Below the pieces are notes generated by a model. That model was not told the origin of the DNA, searched no databases, and saw nothing but the letters and a program-made list of their open reading frames with translations. A program made the position numbers and the translations under genes. DNA of 60,543 nucleotides, the filler included, from Dirinaria sp. TL-2023a (Eukaryota): assembly GCA_051941275.1 (NCBI GenBank). It is 10 parts of 10 records of this genome, joined end to end, with 100 filler letters (N's around TTAATTAATTAA, not from the genome) between each part and the next. Parts side by side here need not be neighbours in the genome. Positions count along the whole stretch, not along the records: positions 24,342 to 30,319 come from JAVEBF010001554.1; positions 30,420 to 36,395 come from JAVEBF010001555.1; positions 36,496 to 42,440 come from JAVEBF010001556.1; 7 more parts are not named here. One strand, given 5' to 3'. Below, in pieces: positions 26,553 through 38,781 of the stretch (its first letter is position 1; each line of letters starts with the position of its first letter).

Positions 26553-29500
26553 TTATGTAGACGTTGGGGTTATGACCTCAACTGTGTTGCCGGCACTCGA
26601 TTTGCGAGAGTGCACTGGACCTCCGACCGAGCTTGCGTTGGTGCTGGGCAGGGAGCTGCTCTGAGGCGATGGTCCGTCGCCAGAAACAAGTGGAGGAGTC
26701 GGAGCCGCGGAGGTGTCGAGAGGGGGTCGTGGAGGGTTGTGATTGACTACAGCGTTATTCGTATGCAAGGGCGGGATGCTGGTAGCATTGCCATAGACAA
26801 ACTTTTCGATGGCCATGATATTCTTGCCGCCGCCAAAACGCTTCTGCGCTGCAAGATGGGGCTTAATGTGTTCGGCGAAATCATCGAATTCGGAGCCTTT
26901 AAGCAAGGCGAGGAGTTTTTCTGATCCAATGTTAGCCGAGCAGCAAAATAAGCAAGGGATCGACGTACGGATCACGTAGTTCCCGTACTGGTCGCGGATC
27001 AGCAATGCAAGCGGGTCGTTGCCCTTTTCATCCATGGGCGTCGTCAGGATCGAGACAATCTTCTGCCTCTGCTCGACAGCACCAAATTGAAGGCTCTTTT
27101 CGACAACATTGCTGGCAAATTTGTGTCTGGAAAAGTTGACCAAGTGCGATGTTACGAGTGAAATGACCAGAGCTCGATCCTCTTCCCTCCCATGCTCAAT
27201 GACATGCTGAGTAACGTAGTTGCCGAACTGATCTACAATCAGTGACATAGTGCAGGCGTTCAGCTCTTGCAAGACAGCGATGCGTGTCGGTTGCTCGCAA
27301 TGCTCCAGCATTCTCTGAATTACCCGACACCCATATGGATGCGTTGCTAGAGCTTGAACCTGTCCAGTAAACGCATTGATTATGAATTGGATATGCTCGG
27401 CTGGAACACGTTCGATTGCCTTCTGGATAACATGGTTGCCGTTTTGGTCTTTGACACATCTGAGGACGTCTTTCTCTAGCTCTTTGACCAGCTGGGCTTG
27501 CTGATCGGTCAAGATGTGCTCGAGTGCCTAGAAAGGTTGGTTTTATGCAGTTTACATAGAGAGAAGGGGACTGACCTTTTGCACCACCCGGCAGCCGTAC
27601 ATTTGCAAAGACAGTGTCAAGACGTGATTTCGCATTTGATTCGCCAATATCTTCTTTTGCGACTGATTACCATGCTCGAAGAATTTTTGTATCACGTAAT
27701 TGCCGAAAACATCCGTCATCAATTGTATCGAGTTTGGATGTATCTCTCGGAAAACTTGATCTTTCTCATCACTATTGGCTGTTTCAAGTTTCAATTGGAT
27801 GAACCTTGAGCCATGCTGGTCGCCACTGAATTCCACAATATGGTTGTAGATGTCCTGCAATAAATTAGGATTCTACACTTCGCTGATGGCCATAAAGGAC
27901 TTACCTTAAGCTCGTATCTTTTATTTGTCTTGCTGTTCGACCGAAATTCTTCGAGCAGTTGGCTCCGCCATCCAATCTCGTGGTCTTTTGCCGGTCCTCT
28001 AGGGATCTGAGGTTGGGTCAAGATATTGGGTACAGGGGGAATCGGATAGTAAGCCGCCATTCTCAGAGCCTGTTGGGTATGAAAGTCGTATAGATTTGGA
28101 TAGGGCTGGCGAGAGTGCAAAGGGTTAGGCTGATTACCTGGGTAACCTTGCTGCTCCTGTTGCAAGCCTCGTAATTTTCGGTCGAGCAACGCCGCTTGTC
28201 CAGTCGCTACTGTCCCGCTGTAACTGCCACGAGAAGGCGCACGCTGTGGATACCCTATTGATGGTGTACCACCAGCAGAATAGAATGGGCTGTGTTGGCT
28301 CCTCCTCGCGTCGCTGTTACTTGGGGAGTGCGAATAGGATCCATAGAGTGGATTACGATAAGGGCCTCCTTGCATACCCATGCCCTCTTGTGGCATAGAA
28401 TCAAGAGAAAACTGCTCTCCTGCGCCGGGATATTCGCTATCCCCTGCACTCCACGCTTCGTCCGGGTTGAGTTGCTGGTTGTACTGGAAGGCCACATCGT
28501 CCTGGTCAGTGAAGCGTTGATCTCTCTGTCCTGGATACGAATTGCCTTGGCTGCCTCGCCCTACATTCATTCTGTTGAAGTCACCAGCGAGGGTCCCCAT
28601 GTCAGCGGAATTGGACTGAGAGCTGAACCTCTGATTATGAAAGCCGTTGTGGGAAGGGTAGAGTGAGCTTTGTGTGGATAAGTTGGGACGATGGAAGGCT
28701 GTAGAGGTAATGGTGGAATTAGGTTGCCTTAGGTTATCCTCGACGAAACGAGACGACTGGTTGGCAGCATTTCGGGATGGAGGGAGACTGCCACTGCGCG
28801 AAGCTGCGCTGCTCGTGTATCCAGAAGAGCTGTAATAATTTTGGCGGGCATTCTGGAATGCAACACCGGTGTCTATACCTCCAAATGTAAGACTCTTGGT
28901 TGGACCGCGACCTTCCTCGTCCGAATTGTGCCTTGATGAACGGCCCAGTTTTGCGGTGGTTTCGAAGACACCATTACCGGCAAAGCTCGAGGATGTAGGG
29001 TCGAGATATTGGCTTTGGGATGATTTGTTGGATACGCCTTGATTTAGAGGGTTAGCGGTAGGCATTGGAAAGTAAGATGAGGCCGAGGAAACGCTGTCAG
29101 CGAATGGCTGTACGGGAGCTTGATTACTATTCTGACGCCGTATTGGAGAGGTGCTGGAATGCGATTTGGGTAGTCGTGGGGACGTGTTGTCCAGTGACTT
29201 CCAGTGCCGACCGCTCCAAGTGTCCGACTCGGAGGAAGGTAGCAATGATCCGGATCCGGTAATGGCCTCGCTGGTGGGGGGATTCGACACTTCGCCTTGA
29301 CGACACAGTTAGCGAGCACAAAACATGCAGTTGGAAATCCACAGACCTAGGATTCGCCCATCGTCGTTGGAGTTACCCTTCAGGCCACTACCAATAGCTG
29401 TCTTTGACCAGATGCCTGGGTTCCATGCGGCAGCTCCGCTTCCAAAGCCCGCCCCCAAAGACATTCCATTGGTATTTCGTGCGTGCTCACCATTTCCCAA

Positions 29501-29614
29501 ACCCGTGCCAGCGCCCAGATTGCCAAAGCGATTTCGTGTCTGGACATGCTGACGTTAGCACCAGCGTGCCCAATTCTCGTTGCAGACACGAGGGGGTTGT
29601 ACCGTGGACGTCAT
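26553..29614 (-). CDS. PUF3: Pumilio/Puf3-type RNA-binding protein, 6 exons (29614-29603, 29539-29347, 29295-27905, 27854-27576, 27527-26969, 26920-26553)
   Basis: Long low-complexity N-terminus, then eight PUF repeats with recognition motifs SRFIQ, NYVIQ, CRVVQ, NHVIQ, CRVIQ, NYVTQ, SNVVE, NYVIQ; first exon less certain. Confidence 0.93.
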
Positions 29615-30319
29615 AATCATAGGGTAGCCTATGTCGGGAACCTTAGCTGCACACGACCAATTCGTGGATGCGACGGAGAGTCGTTGTTGGATCGCGCCTC
29701 ATCCATATATTTCTTCCCACCCGAATCACTTTATACAGGGTTTGTCGGGCGTGGAACGGTGGTATTACTATGTCATCGCCAGCATCAGTATGGCTGTCTT
29801 GGCATCTGTAACGGGCAAGCTCGATGGAAAGGACAAACGACGTACACAAGAGACACTTGGCCTAATTATGCCGAAGAAGCACGGGGATTTCCATGTACAG
29901 CGTAAGGGCAGGAAATGGGAGGAATGGGGAAGAAGAAGAGGGAGCCGGTATATGGGGGGAGGGATGCAAGGTGGTGTCGCAGTCACCCCTTCGTTTGCCC
30001 AGGGCCGTGGGTGAATTGGAACGCTCAGCAGGCAGCCGTCCAGTAATCGGCGAGCCTCAGCAAGATTATCGCAATCGTCCCCGCACACGGCGATGGAAAT
30101 GATTCACCGCCAGTCGTCCGCATGAGGATACTGGAATGAGCGGGGTGTATGAGGACTGTTTAGGGGAGCGCAGCGAGCAAGGAGGTGTTGCAGGATGTGG
30201 GTGTGGACGAGGAATGCTTGTATTAAATAAAGTCGACGCAGATCGGGAGTCCGGGTTATCGCACGATTCCCTTGTGGAAACAAATGGGTGGTGGGTGGTA
30301 CAGAGAGGGACTAGAAGAA

Positions 30320-30419
30320 NNNNNNNNNNNNNNNNNNNNNNNNNNNNNNNNNNNNNNNNNNNNTTAATTAATTAANNNNNNNNNNNNNNNNNNNNNNNNN
30401 NNNNNNNNNNNNNNNNNNN
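30320..30419. other. Artificial contig linker
   Basis: N44-TTAATTAATTAA-N44. Confidence 0.99.
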
Positions 30420-31202
30420 CCCCCTAAACACAAGCATCAAAACGGCGATGGAGCAAAAATGGTGCACACAATGGCAAAAGAGCAGTATAGGAAAAGCGCT
30501 GCGAGACATTGAGCCACGACCAAGAAAGGATATTTTGAAGCTCCACGAAAACCTCACAAAGGCACAAAGCGCGCTAGCGGTGCAGATGAGGACCGGCAAG
30601 ATAGGTCTCCGTCAATTCCTGCACCGCAGAAAGGTGCCAGACTACGATAGCCCTATGTGCGAATGCAGGGGAGGGCATCAAACTGTCAAACACGTGCTAT
30701 TTGTATGCAGAAAGCATAACGTATTGAGAAGAGGCTTGTGGGATAAGGAGAAAAAAGAGGCGGCTTGGGGGGAACTGAATCTGAAGGTACTAACGCAAGC
30801 AGCGAGCCTCAAGAAGGCGATTATCTTCATGACAGGTACAGGGTTCCTAGGCCAATTTGGGGAGTCAAATATAGAGGACAACGATAGAGAGCATGATGCT
30901 TAAAGCATCACGTGCATTTGGACCGGCAACTTATTGCCGCAGGATGAAGCAAGAGGTATAGGATCAGAGGCGATAGTGCCGGATGAAACCACCTCAGAAG
31001 AAAAGCAACAAAACAGGAAAGCAAACCGCCAGCAGGACTGCGCGATTGCAGGATACACAGCTTCATTTTGATGGAGCAGTGTTGAGGGGCAAGGATGGCG
31101 CATTCTGATTGGTTAGATATAGTATGACTAATGGCCGCATAGCTAGTCTTTGATAGGACGGGCTGCGAGTGCCTAATGAATTAATCAATCAATCAATCAA
31201 TA
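30420..31202 (+). mobile_element. 3' end of a non-LTR (LINE-like, Tad/I-type) retrotransposon: ORF2 C-terminus (to 30903), 3' UTR and (AATC)n tail
   Basis: W..QW, LVQMRTG-like AVQMRTGKIGL, CCHC zinc knuckle CECRGGHQTVKHVLFVC, F..GTG.L; ends in TTAATCAATCAATCAATCAATAA at ~31181-31203. Confidence 0.88.
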
Positions 31203-31498
31203 ACATTAAGCAGCATGTAAAGCAAGATACAGGTGTAAATATAGGCCTCAACTTAGACTTTCTTCTCTCACATGTCTAACTGATCGTTCTGATCCCTATA
31301 AATTCATATAACGCTTCTTGACTGTGCGACATCTCGGCTCAAAGCCACTAATCTTCGAAGTCCATACCTTGGTGGACTGATCAGATATATTTTGACCCAA
31401 GTCTTGAACTTTTGTAGTTCTATCACAGATCTTTTCATACTTCTGGTTTTGGTCTGTTTCCCCATCACTAACCCCACGAGCTCGTGAAAGAGATTGAA

Positions 31499-32245
31499 TC
31501 ACCAAGGAGCATTTTCACCATTATACATTTGGTTGCCCTCAACAAAGATGTTGCGGAATGCGCCATTGTCAGCCTTGGTCGACTTGTAGATAATGTCCAT
31601 GGTAGCTTTCGCACCAGTTTCGGGGTCCAAATCTGCACGAGGCCCGCCAAGATCGGTGCGTAGCCAGCCAGGACTGAGGCAGAAAACGGTGAAGCCTCTG
31701 GACTCAAGGTCGCTAGCGTACTGGATGGTGAGCATGTTCAGAGCCGCCTTGGAAATCTTGTAGGAAGAGTTGGGCATCACTTTGGTCCATTCTCTGAGAG
31801 CCATGGACCCAACGGTGCTGCTGATGTTGACGATCTTCTTCTCCCCTCCACGCTCCAAGAGAGGGAGGAATGCGCTGGAAACCTCGTGCACGGCCACCAC
31901 GTTGGTCTCAAGAGTAATCCGCAGAGCGTGCATGGCGCTTGCTCCATCCTTTTCGACGGCGGTTACTCCAGCATTGTTAATCAAGACGTCCAGGCCTTGG
32001 CCTTGCAGAATCTGGCTCGCGTGCCGAACAGCAGACTGGATGCTTTCTTTGTCCAGGACATCGAGCTGGACATGATGAAGTCGCCCTGCTGAGCCTTTTA
32101 TCTGGTCATGCAGATCCGGAGATGGCGATTGGCTGCGTGACGTTGCAATCACTGTGCCCACAGACGAAGGTGGGGCCAAAAGAAGCTGCTTGACAAGCTC
32201 AAGTCCGAGACCCCGGGAACAACCGGTGATGAGATAAGAAGTCAT
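31499..32245 (-). CDS. Short-chain dehydrogenase/reductase (C-factor/CsgA-like), 248 aa, intronless
   Basis: TGCSRGLG, LDV, LINNAG, NISS, catalytic YKISK, PGWLRTDLGG. Confidence 0.95.
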   Translation of the reverse strand: MTSYLITGCSRGLGLELVKQLLLAPPSSVGTVIATSRSQSPSPDLHDQIKGSAGRLHHVQLDVLDKESIQSAVRHASQILQGQGLDVLINNAGVTAVEKDGASAMHALRITLETNVVAVHEVSSAFLPLLERGGEKKIVNISSTVGSMALREWTKVMPNSSYKISKAALNMLTIQYASDLESRGFTVFCLSPGWLRTDLGGPRADLDPETGAKATMDIIYKSTKADNGAFRNIFVEGNQMYNGENAPW

Positions 32246-32543
32246 TTTTTAGACAGAGGGAAAGAAGCGTTTATAAAAGCGCACTTTGTGGGTATACACT
32301 ACTCGGCAAGCAGGAGAGAAAAGTGAAGACTTAAGATATCTGATATTCTGTCAATGACGGCATAAATGACTTTCCCCCGGTAAATCCGAGACTCGGAGCT
32401 TACCTAAGGTACCTCAGAGCCCACCTACATGCCAAGGGGGGGGTGTATCCTCATGATAAACGGCAGCATTTAGCAATCCCAAAAGTGTTGTGACAGCTTG
32501 ACACCGGAAAAACACAAAAAAACACACAGACCCTCCATAGAAT

Positions 32544-33540
32544 TTGCATGTAGAACCTGTAACAACGCCTCAATTGACCACAACGCCGCGTGTCATCGAT
32601 ATTGCGCTCCGTAGCATCGTTTTTGAAGCCCCAACTCGTCATTATATCGAGTTTCTTGGTGTTGAGAGACCCCCCTCGTCGTCGCTAAGTCTTCCAGAAA
32701 GCAGACTACCGCTCAGAAGGCCGCCAGCATCAGAAAACTCGATATACTGACGATTTGCGACTTCAAAAGTGGTGCTACGATGCGCAATAAGGTAAATTGT
32801 GGCGTTGTGAGTCAAGTGAGACGCTTCGTTCTTGATCTGGCCAACGGTCCAATCGACGACGACGCGCTTGTCTATCTATGGCCGTCAGACTCCAGCAAAA
32901 GAAATCAATTGTGGCGCAAAATTGGGGGAGGCATGAGTGATCAAGATGACTTCCACCTCGAAGGCACGACGCTGCATGAGCACGCTATTGTTAAGACTAA
33001 TAAGCTGCTGCGAGCGACCGATCTTGATCTAGACAGTTGTATCGCGATCAACGAGTTCGGACCCAAAGACGAGATCACGCTCAAGAACATTGATCATCCG
33101 GAGAATAGCATCCACTTCGTGAGATGTCTCAACAGATCAGAGAGGGGCATCTGCAGCTCTGGCTTGAGGCTGGGAGGATCAACATTCTGCACGCGCGGTA
33201 CGATCGCAAGCAGACCGTGCTGTTCGGTGACAGTATGATCGAATCAACACTCAATCTAGACGATTTCATAAGAAGAACCGAGGATGAACATATTGTATTC
33301 CAGCATCCCAACTCTTCGGATGGCAAGCCAGCGTGGCTGAAAACTGCAACTATCGTTGCAAAAGCTGCGGGCAAAGTCATCAAAGCATACGGGTCGAAGG
33401 ATCCTGTAGGTGATGCGGCCGATCAGGCAAATCTTGATTATCTCGAAGATGTTGCCAAGGTAGGGATCACGCTCGGCGCTGAAGCGTGGCTGGAAGGGAC
33501 ATATTACCACAATGAGCACCTCATGCGGCCTGGTACTTGA
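32544..33540 (+). pseudogene. Frameshifted gene of unknown function in three collinear frames
   Basis: ORFs 32544-32750, ~32666/32780-33238 and 33124-33540 overlap in series; apparent shifts at the C-run ~32670-32675 and at ~33110-33124. Confidence 0.45.
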
Positions 33541-33636
33541 CGTGATTGGGCCGACGACTGGGCAATCCGCGTGACTTCTGGTGGTTGAAGAACCTTGATA
33601 TTCCTGTCCATTGTATCTCCAAGGTGTAAGTTTCCA

Positions 33637-34992
33637 TTAGAAGTGTGGTAGAAAGTTAGACCACTGGACAGTATCGAATGCTCCAAGGGGTAGCGATCGT
33701 AAAGTGACAAAGCATTCGACTGCAATGTGCATGCGCGCAATCGTATAAACTACAGTGACAGCAAGCATGATGGCGACTTGCCACGTTGGCAGTGGGTCTT
33801 CTTCCTTTATGTTCATAACGGACGTAGAGCGTTGATCTCTTGATAGTCGCGGGAGTCCGGGGGACATCTTTGACCACCAATACGACCAGCGGCCAGTTCG
33901 CACGCCTTCAAAATAGAATTCACTCGCGAAAAAAATGGATGCTGCTGAAACCATGACGATGCAATCGACTCGCCAGATTATTTGCTCGACTTTAGTGGGG
34001 AAGTTGAAGTTCCAAGCCACAAAATGGATGCTGGAGTAGGCCATCACAACCAGGACCAACAAGATTGAGTCTCGGCTTCCATCAATTACGGGGAGCCTAT
34101 CATTGGTGAAGCGAGGCAAAGGCCTTTCCGGCGGACTAAAGATCTTCCATTTAATGTGGGGTTGGATCCTCGTGAGCCATGACGGGGTTTGCTCATCAAC
34201 GAAATCGAGAGGTGTCCGAATGTAAGGCGCGCTTGCAGAATCTCCTGCATTGATCAAAACAGTCTCTATTCTCTCATCGGATGTGAGAATCATAGGCTTC
34301 TCCACATCCAGAGGCTTAAGATCCCATTCATGATACGTCAGAAATGCACAAATGACCAAGCCAATCGTAGCGATTTCAAGTGTTGTGGTGGGAAGACGCT
34401 GAGCAGCTCTACCCACGCACTGTAGAACAAACCATAACAGTTGCACCAACGTCAAGAATTGCTGAATGCTATCTTGCTTGCTGGCATCAACTAATTCAGG
34501 TTCCTTAATCTCAGGATACGGTATGTAGCCTTGCCTCACTAGGTAAAGCAGCTGTGTAGCGTTGATAGGAAAGGACTTGCTGTGCAGTGGTTGTAAGACG
34601 AAACCCCCCATGTTTGCGTAGAATCCATGACGCGTTGTCCATTGCGGGAAACCGGCTTCTTTGAATTGGCGGACGGAGCGCCGTGCTTCGATTTTCTGAA
34701 TTGTTGCAAGGATGACAACGAACTCAGGAGCTAGGAAGGCTTGTATCATCCAGCGAACTCTGCGGAGGAAAAGCTTGAATTGTGAATCGATAAGCGCGGG
34801 TACGTTTAAATGGAGCGATGTCCATGTACACAAGAAAGTCGTGAGAAGGCAGCCCCAAACAATGTCCAGAGTTCCCCGCCCATCCGGAGATTTTACCCAA
34901 CCTTCAATTTGCGACGGGCGGGTCGAGTTGCTGATGTTAGCAGAAGACGTTTGTCCCAAGCATAGCGCAAGTAGACTCTGGTGATGCTCCAT
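33637..34992 (-). CDS. Multi-pass membrane protein of a widespread uncharacterised fungal family, 451 aa, intronless
   Basis: Recurrent motifs GWV.SPDGRGTLDIVWGCL, CTWTSLHLNVP, APE, WTTRHGFYANMGGF, SK.D..Q...LVQLLWF..QC.GR..Q.LP.T.LE, HFVAWNFNFPT..E...WR, LRSLP...F.TV.W..FLPH. Confidence 0.9.
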   Translation of the reverse strand: MEHHQSLLALCLGQTSSANISNSTRPSQIEGWVKSPDGRGTLDIVWGCLLTTFLCTWTSLHLNVPALIDSQFKLFLRRVRWMIQAFLAPEFVVILATIQKIEARRSVRQFKEAGFPQWTTRHGFYANMGGFVLQPLHSKSFPINATQLLYLVRQGYIPYPEIKEPELVDASKQDSIQQFLTLVQLLWFVLQCVGRAAQRLPTTTLEIATIGLVICAFLTYHEWDLKPLDVEKPMILTSDERIETVLINAGDSASAPYIRTPLDFVDEQTPSWLTRIQPHIKWKIFSPPERPLPRFTNDRLPVIDGSRDSILLVLVVMAYSSIHFVAWNFNFPTKVEQIIWRVDCIVMVSAASIFFASEFYFEGVRTGRWSYWWSKMSPGLPRLSRDQRSTSVMNIKEEDPLPTWQVAIMLAVTVVYTIARMHIAVECFVTLRSLPLGAFDTVQWSNFLPHF

Positions 34993-35892
34993 GAGACTAC
35001 GAACTGTTGGCGATTACCATTGATGGGGGTATGCGTTTGGCTCTGAGCTCCACGGCTAATTTGTGTGAGGTTGAGCATCAGTTGAAGACTGGTGGATGTG
35101 CAGTAGCTGTCTTTGAACTTGGGCAAATCTCAGACATGAAATGCGATAACAAAGAGAAGAATAATAAGATCTCTTCCAGAATCCAGAAGACTCTGGTGGC
35201 GAAGTGTGGGATATCAGTCTGTTCTTGCAGGGTGGCTGTGCCTGTAGAACCTCATTCCACGACAGCGAATCAATTCCGTCGACCGACGGCGATTTGCACT
35301 CGCTAAAAGCGGCCACCTGGGAGATCTCCTGACAGGCTGACTGAGCTTTTTGGGGCAGATTTCTGTCTTCTTTACCTGCCAAGAGACGTCAAAAAACTTT
35401 ACAAGTTCGCAGGCGAAAGGATGGCCAGTCACAGTGGCCAGTGGCCTGGCCCGAGAGACGGGCGACTAGCACAGCACTAGCCCACGGTCCAATCGCTACC
35501 TAAGGCATCGCTGACCAATGTCTGTCGCGATCCTATCGGGAGATTTGCAACAGACGCAAGAGGCGCACGAACGTCCTCATCGATTTGAGCGGGTGAAAGC
35601 CAACATCCCAAGCTTCAATAATCGTCCCCTCGGTCCTGTTGATTCATTTTAAATTCTTAGCTATGAACTTGCCAAGATTATTGCCAAAGGGGGACAATCT
35701 GCTCTCAGGTGCTCATGGAAGGGTTTAATTTGTATATACAGCTAGGTACGCCGCGATGTTGACATCCCACCAATCGAGCTCACTTTCACGTTTACTTTTT
35801 TGCTTTGTTGTACAATAATCCGTGCTGCGCAGCCAACCGCTCTCTTTTGTTCCGAGCTTTGAGTCAAGTCGTTGTGCCACTTCGAGAGAAAC

Positions 35893-36379
35893 ATGCCATC
35901 CCTAATACAATGGAGTAGCAGTAGCGCCTTGCTTTTCTCCTTCTTCGCCAGCACGGCGCTGGCCCAAACCGGTCCCGAAGCCTTCTCGATTTTCAACAGC
36001 ACGGGGCGATTGCCAGATGGCTGTATCGACGGCTATACGGCGGGCCACGATGAGTTTCTGTACACGGTCCCGTATAGCTACGAGCAGGTGCTCTCCGTGA
36101 TCGGATCCTTTGCCGTATGTTGGCTCTCAGAAGATCGACACGTCTTGCGGCTGAGGGTGAATAACAGAACATCACATGGAACGGCGTCAATGAGACGACA
36201 CTGAACGGCACGGTAGGTTGTCCACATCTGAAGGTCGTTCAGGCGGGAAAGGTAAATACCTACTGATAGCACGTCTGGGCAGGATAATACACCCGGCACG
36301 GCACGATTCTACGAAACATTCGGCATCTCCCTCGTGGAAACCATTAAGACTTATCAAAAGCCCCCGAATGGACCATACT
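35893..36379 (+). CDS. Secreted glycoprotein with a possible Bet v1/SRPBCC (polyketide-cyclase-like) fold, 5' part (exons 35893-36114, 36168-36212, 36283-36379), truncated
   Basis: Signal peptide ..LLFSFFASTALA; YTVPYSYEQVLSVIGSFA|NITWNGVNETTLNGT|DNTPGTARFY...LVETIKTY; phase-0 GT-AG introns; several NxT/S sequons; the fold call is inference. Confidence 0.7.
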
Positions 36380-36395
36380 GTAAAGCCCCCTCCCC

Positions 36396-36495
36396 NNNNN
36401 NNNNNNNNNNNNNNNNNNNNNNNNNNNNNNNNNNNNNNNTTAATTAATTAANNNNNNNNNNNNNNNNNNNNNNNNNNNNNNNNNNNNNNNNNNNN
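36396..36495. other. Artificial contig linker
   Basis: N44-TTAATTAATTAA-N44. Confidence 0.99.
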
Positions 36496-36934
36496 GTGCC
36501 CGATAGATATGATATGATAAGGGTTTTCACATGTTGGTGCCCTGCCAAGGATGGGCGTCTGCTTATAATTGTATCAGATGTCTTAAATTTCCATTCACTG
36601 TCGTGCAGCATGAGGCGGCGAAGACTTCAATCTTCCTGTACAGTGTTTTATATTTTGAATGACACAATTGATTCAGGAGAATTTTGGGTGTCCTGATGGC
36701 CTCGCACAGAAATGTCACTGTCGAGCTACATCAATGAGACATGCCAGAAGGAAAGGAGAGAACTATGCTACCAAACATTTAGTCCTACTGCCTCGTGGGG
36801 CTGTTGCTTATGGAGTTTCAATTGCATTCTTGCTGTTTTTACGATTTACATTGCACCTATTTGGCAGAGTCCTTATTGTAAGATTAATACTTCTGTGAGT
36901 CTACTGACTAATCCCTCGCATAGCGAAGTTACTG

Positions 36935-37818
36935 TCACCTAAAGCCAGGATTATCGGGCGTTTTGAAAGAAGTCTCTGCAATCGGTTCTGTCCCATCGTA
37001 CAATCCTGACTTGGTTTTTGATTCAAGAGATCCGTGATTCAGACAGAGCCAGCAAAATAAATAATTGGATCCAGCAAAGATAACAGCGCAGCCGAAGAAG
37101 ATAGCGATCTGGAATCGAATCAGCCCTGAATTCAAAGAAAGGATGACTGCCTGAAGCTATCAATACCTGATTGTTTCCCTGCGTCCAATCTCCATGGCTT
37201 CGAACTGCTCTAACAAACACCGATATCATCAGGCCAATCACAAAAAAAAGAATGGCGAAATTTGTTAGCATGACTGGCGTCTGCCACATCCACAACTGGC
37301 TCCTCTTCATCTTTACTCTTCCTTCGACGTGACCGTGGGACCGACTCGAGGGTTGCTCTCGATGGTTCTTCGGGTACACTGGGTCCCCTTCGCCCAGGAG
37401 ACATCGGACTTTGAGCAATCCATTGTTGCAACTACACAGACGGCTGAGACCGATGGTCTGCTGGGTCGCAAGGCTGATGGCCGTCAAGGCCATCACAAGT
37501 GCACTCGTCCAGCATGCCTCAGTGAGCCATGGATCGCCATCAACGGTGTACCAGGAGAAAGCGGAGGCAATAGTGCCGGTGACAAGGGCACTCTAGCACC
37601 AAAGCGTCAGAGAGAGCCTATCACAAACACTCGCGCAATTGAAAATTTGCAATACGTACGGTGATACCAACAAACTCGAGTTCTTTGAGTTTACCCTTCG
37701 TCCATTTCTCTGTAAGGTTGTCGGCCTCCTCTCTGTCAGGGACATTGAGGAGTTGAGTGACGGGATCGTGCATAGAAGGCCATGTTGCGAAGGCGATGGT
37801 TAGAAAGCTGCGCAACAT
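36935..37818 (-). CDS. Uncharacterised ~4-TM membrane protein, 3 exons (37818-37660, 37592-37167, 37108-36935)
   Basis: KWTKGKLKELEFVGIT|SALVTGTIASAFSW...LATQQ...WQTPVMLTNFAILFFVIGLMISV...NQ|IAIFFGCAVIFAGSNYLFC; phase-0 introns join three ORF pieces. Confidence 0.8.
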
Positions 37819-38781
37819 TCTGCCAAGCCAGAAGCCAGAGGCAGAAAAACTGCGGGGGACGCCTCCGCTTCGGCTTCGAAATTTGGCTGTTCAACTCGCT
37901 CTAGCTTCCGTCTTTTGCGCATACAATTTGAACCTTCTTGTCGAAAACTTCATCAGCAACTCCCTGCATTTAACACGGACTAACAAGGATTATGATTAAT
38001 TGAATGAGTATTTATAGCAGGCTCTTGCGCAGCAAACCCGCCGGCATTGCTGAGTAGCTGGTATATCAAAAGATCTGTTAATAATCCATTCGGCAGATGG
38101 AAGATATTTCTCCGTCTTTCCACTAGCAATTCTCCAAGCATGCAAGAAGGTGGCAATCCTCGCGGCGTGCTGTCAAATCATGAAACTCCCGTGTTCCGGT
38201 CACCAGGGGGCGGCTGGGGATCCCACACTACACCCGAAATAGTGAGCTACGCCGCAGAGGAGATTTGCTTTTCGAAGTCCAAGTACGAGCACCTTGATCT
38301 CAAAGTCCTGTAGTATTTTGGCAAAGCAGCTGTGATAGTCGCATACTCCTTGCAAATAAAGGTTGGTTTAGGTACTCAACGTAAGTCAAAATATCGGTTC
38401 GGAGTTGGCGAGAAGGCATGGAGTTATAGTATTTACTTTTTGCACCTGTCGCTCGCGAGGCTGAACGTCGATCATTAGGTATCCTGAAACATGCACAGCT
38501 CAATAGCTTAACCACCCCGCCAAAGATTTGTCGTTCCATATTTCGACATTTCTCAGCAAAGCAGAAGCTTCACAAGGATAAAAATAACTAAAATCATAGA
38601 CTGCGCCGACTCTCTTCACTCGCCAAACGCAGCGCAAAATAAATTATTGTCTGAAGTAAGAGAGTTTTGACTGTAATGCTATCCTTCTCTCCGTGCATGA
38701 AAAGAAACACACTCGTGCAAGCAGCTTTCAAGATCAGGAACTCCTGGCTGGGAAGATTGATGCTTTGTCCTTTTGCTCACG

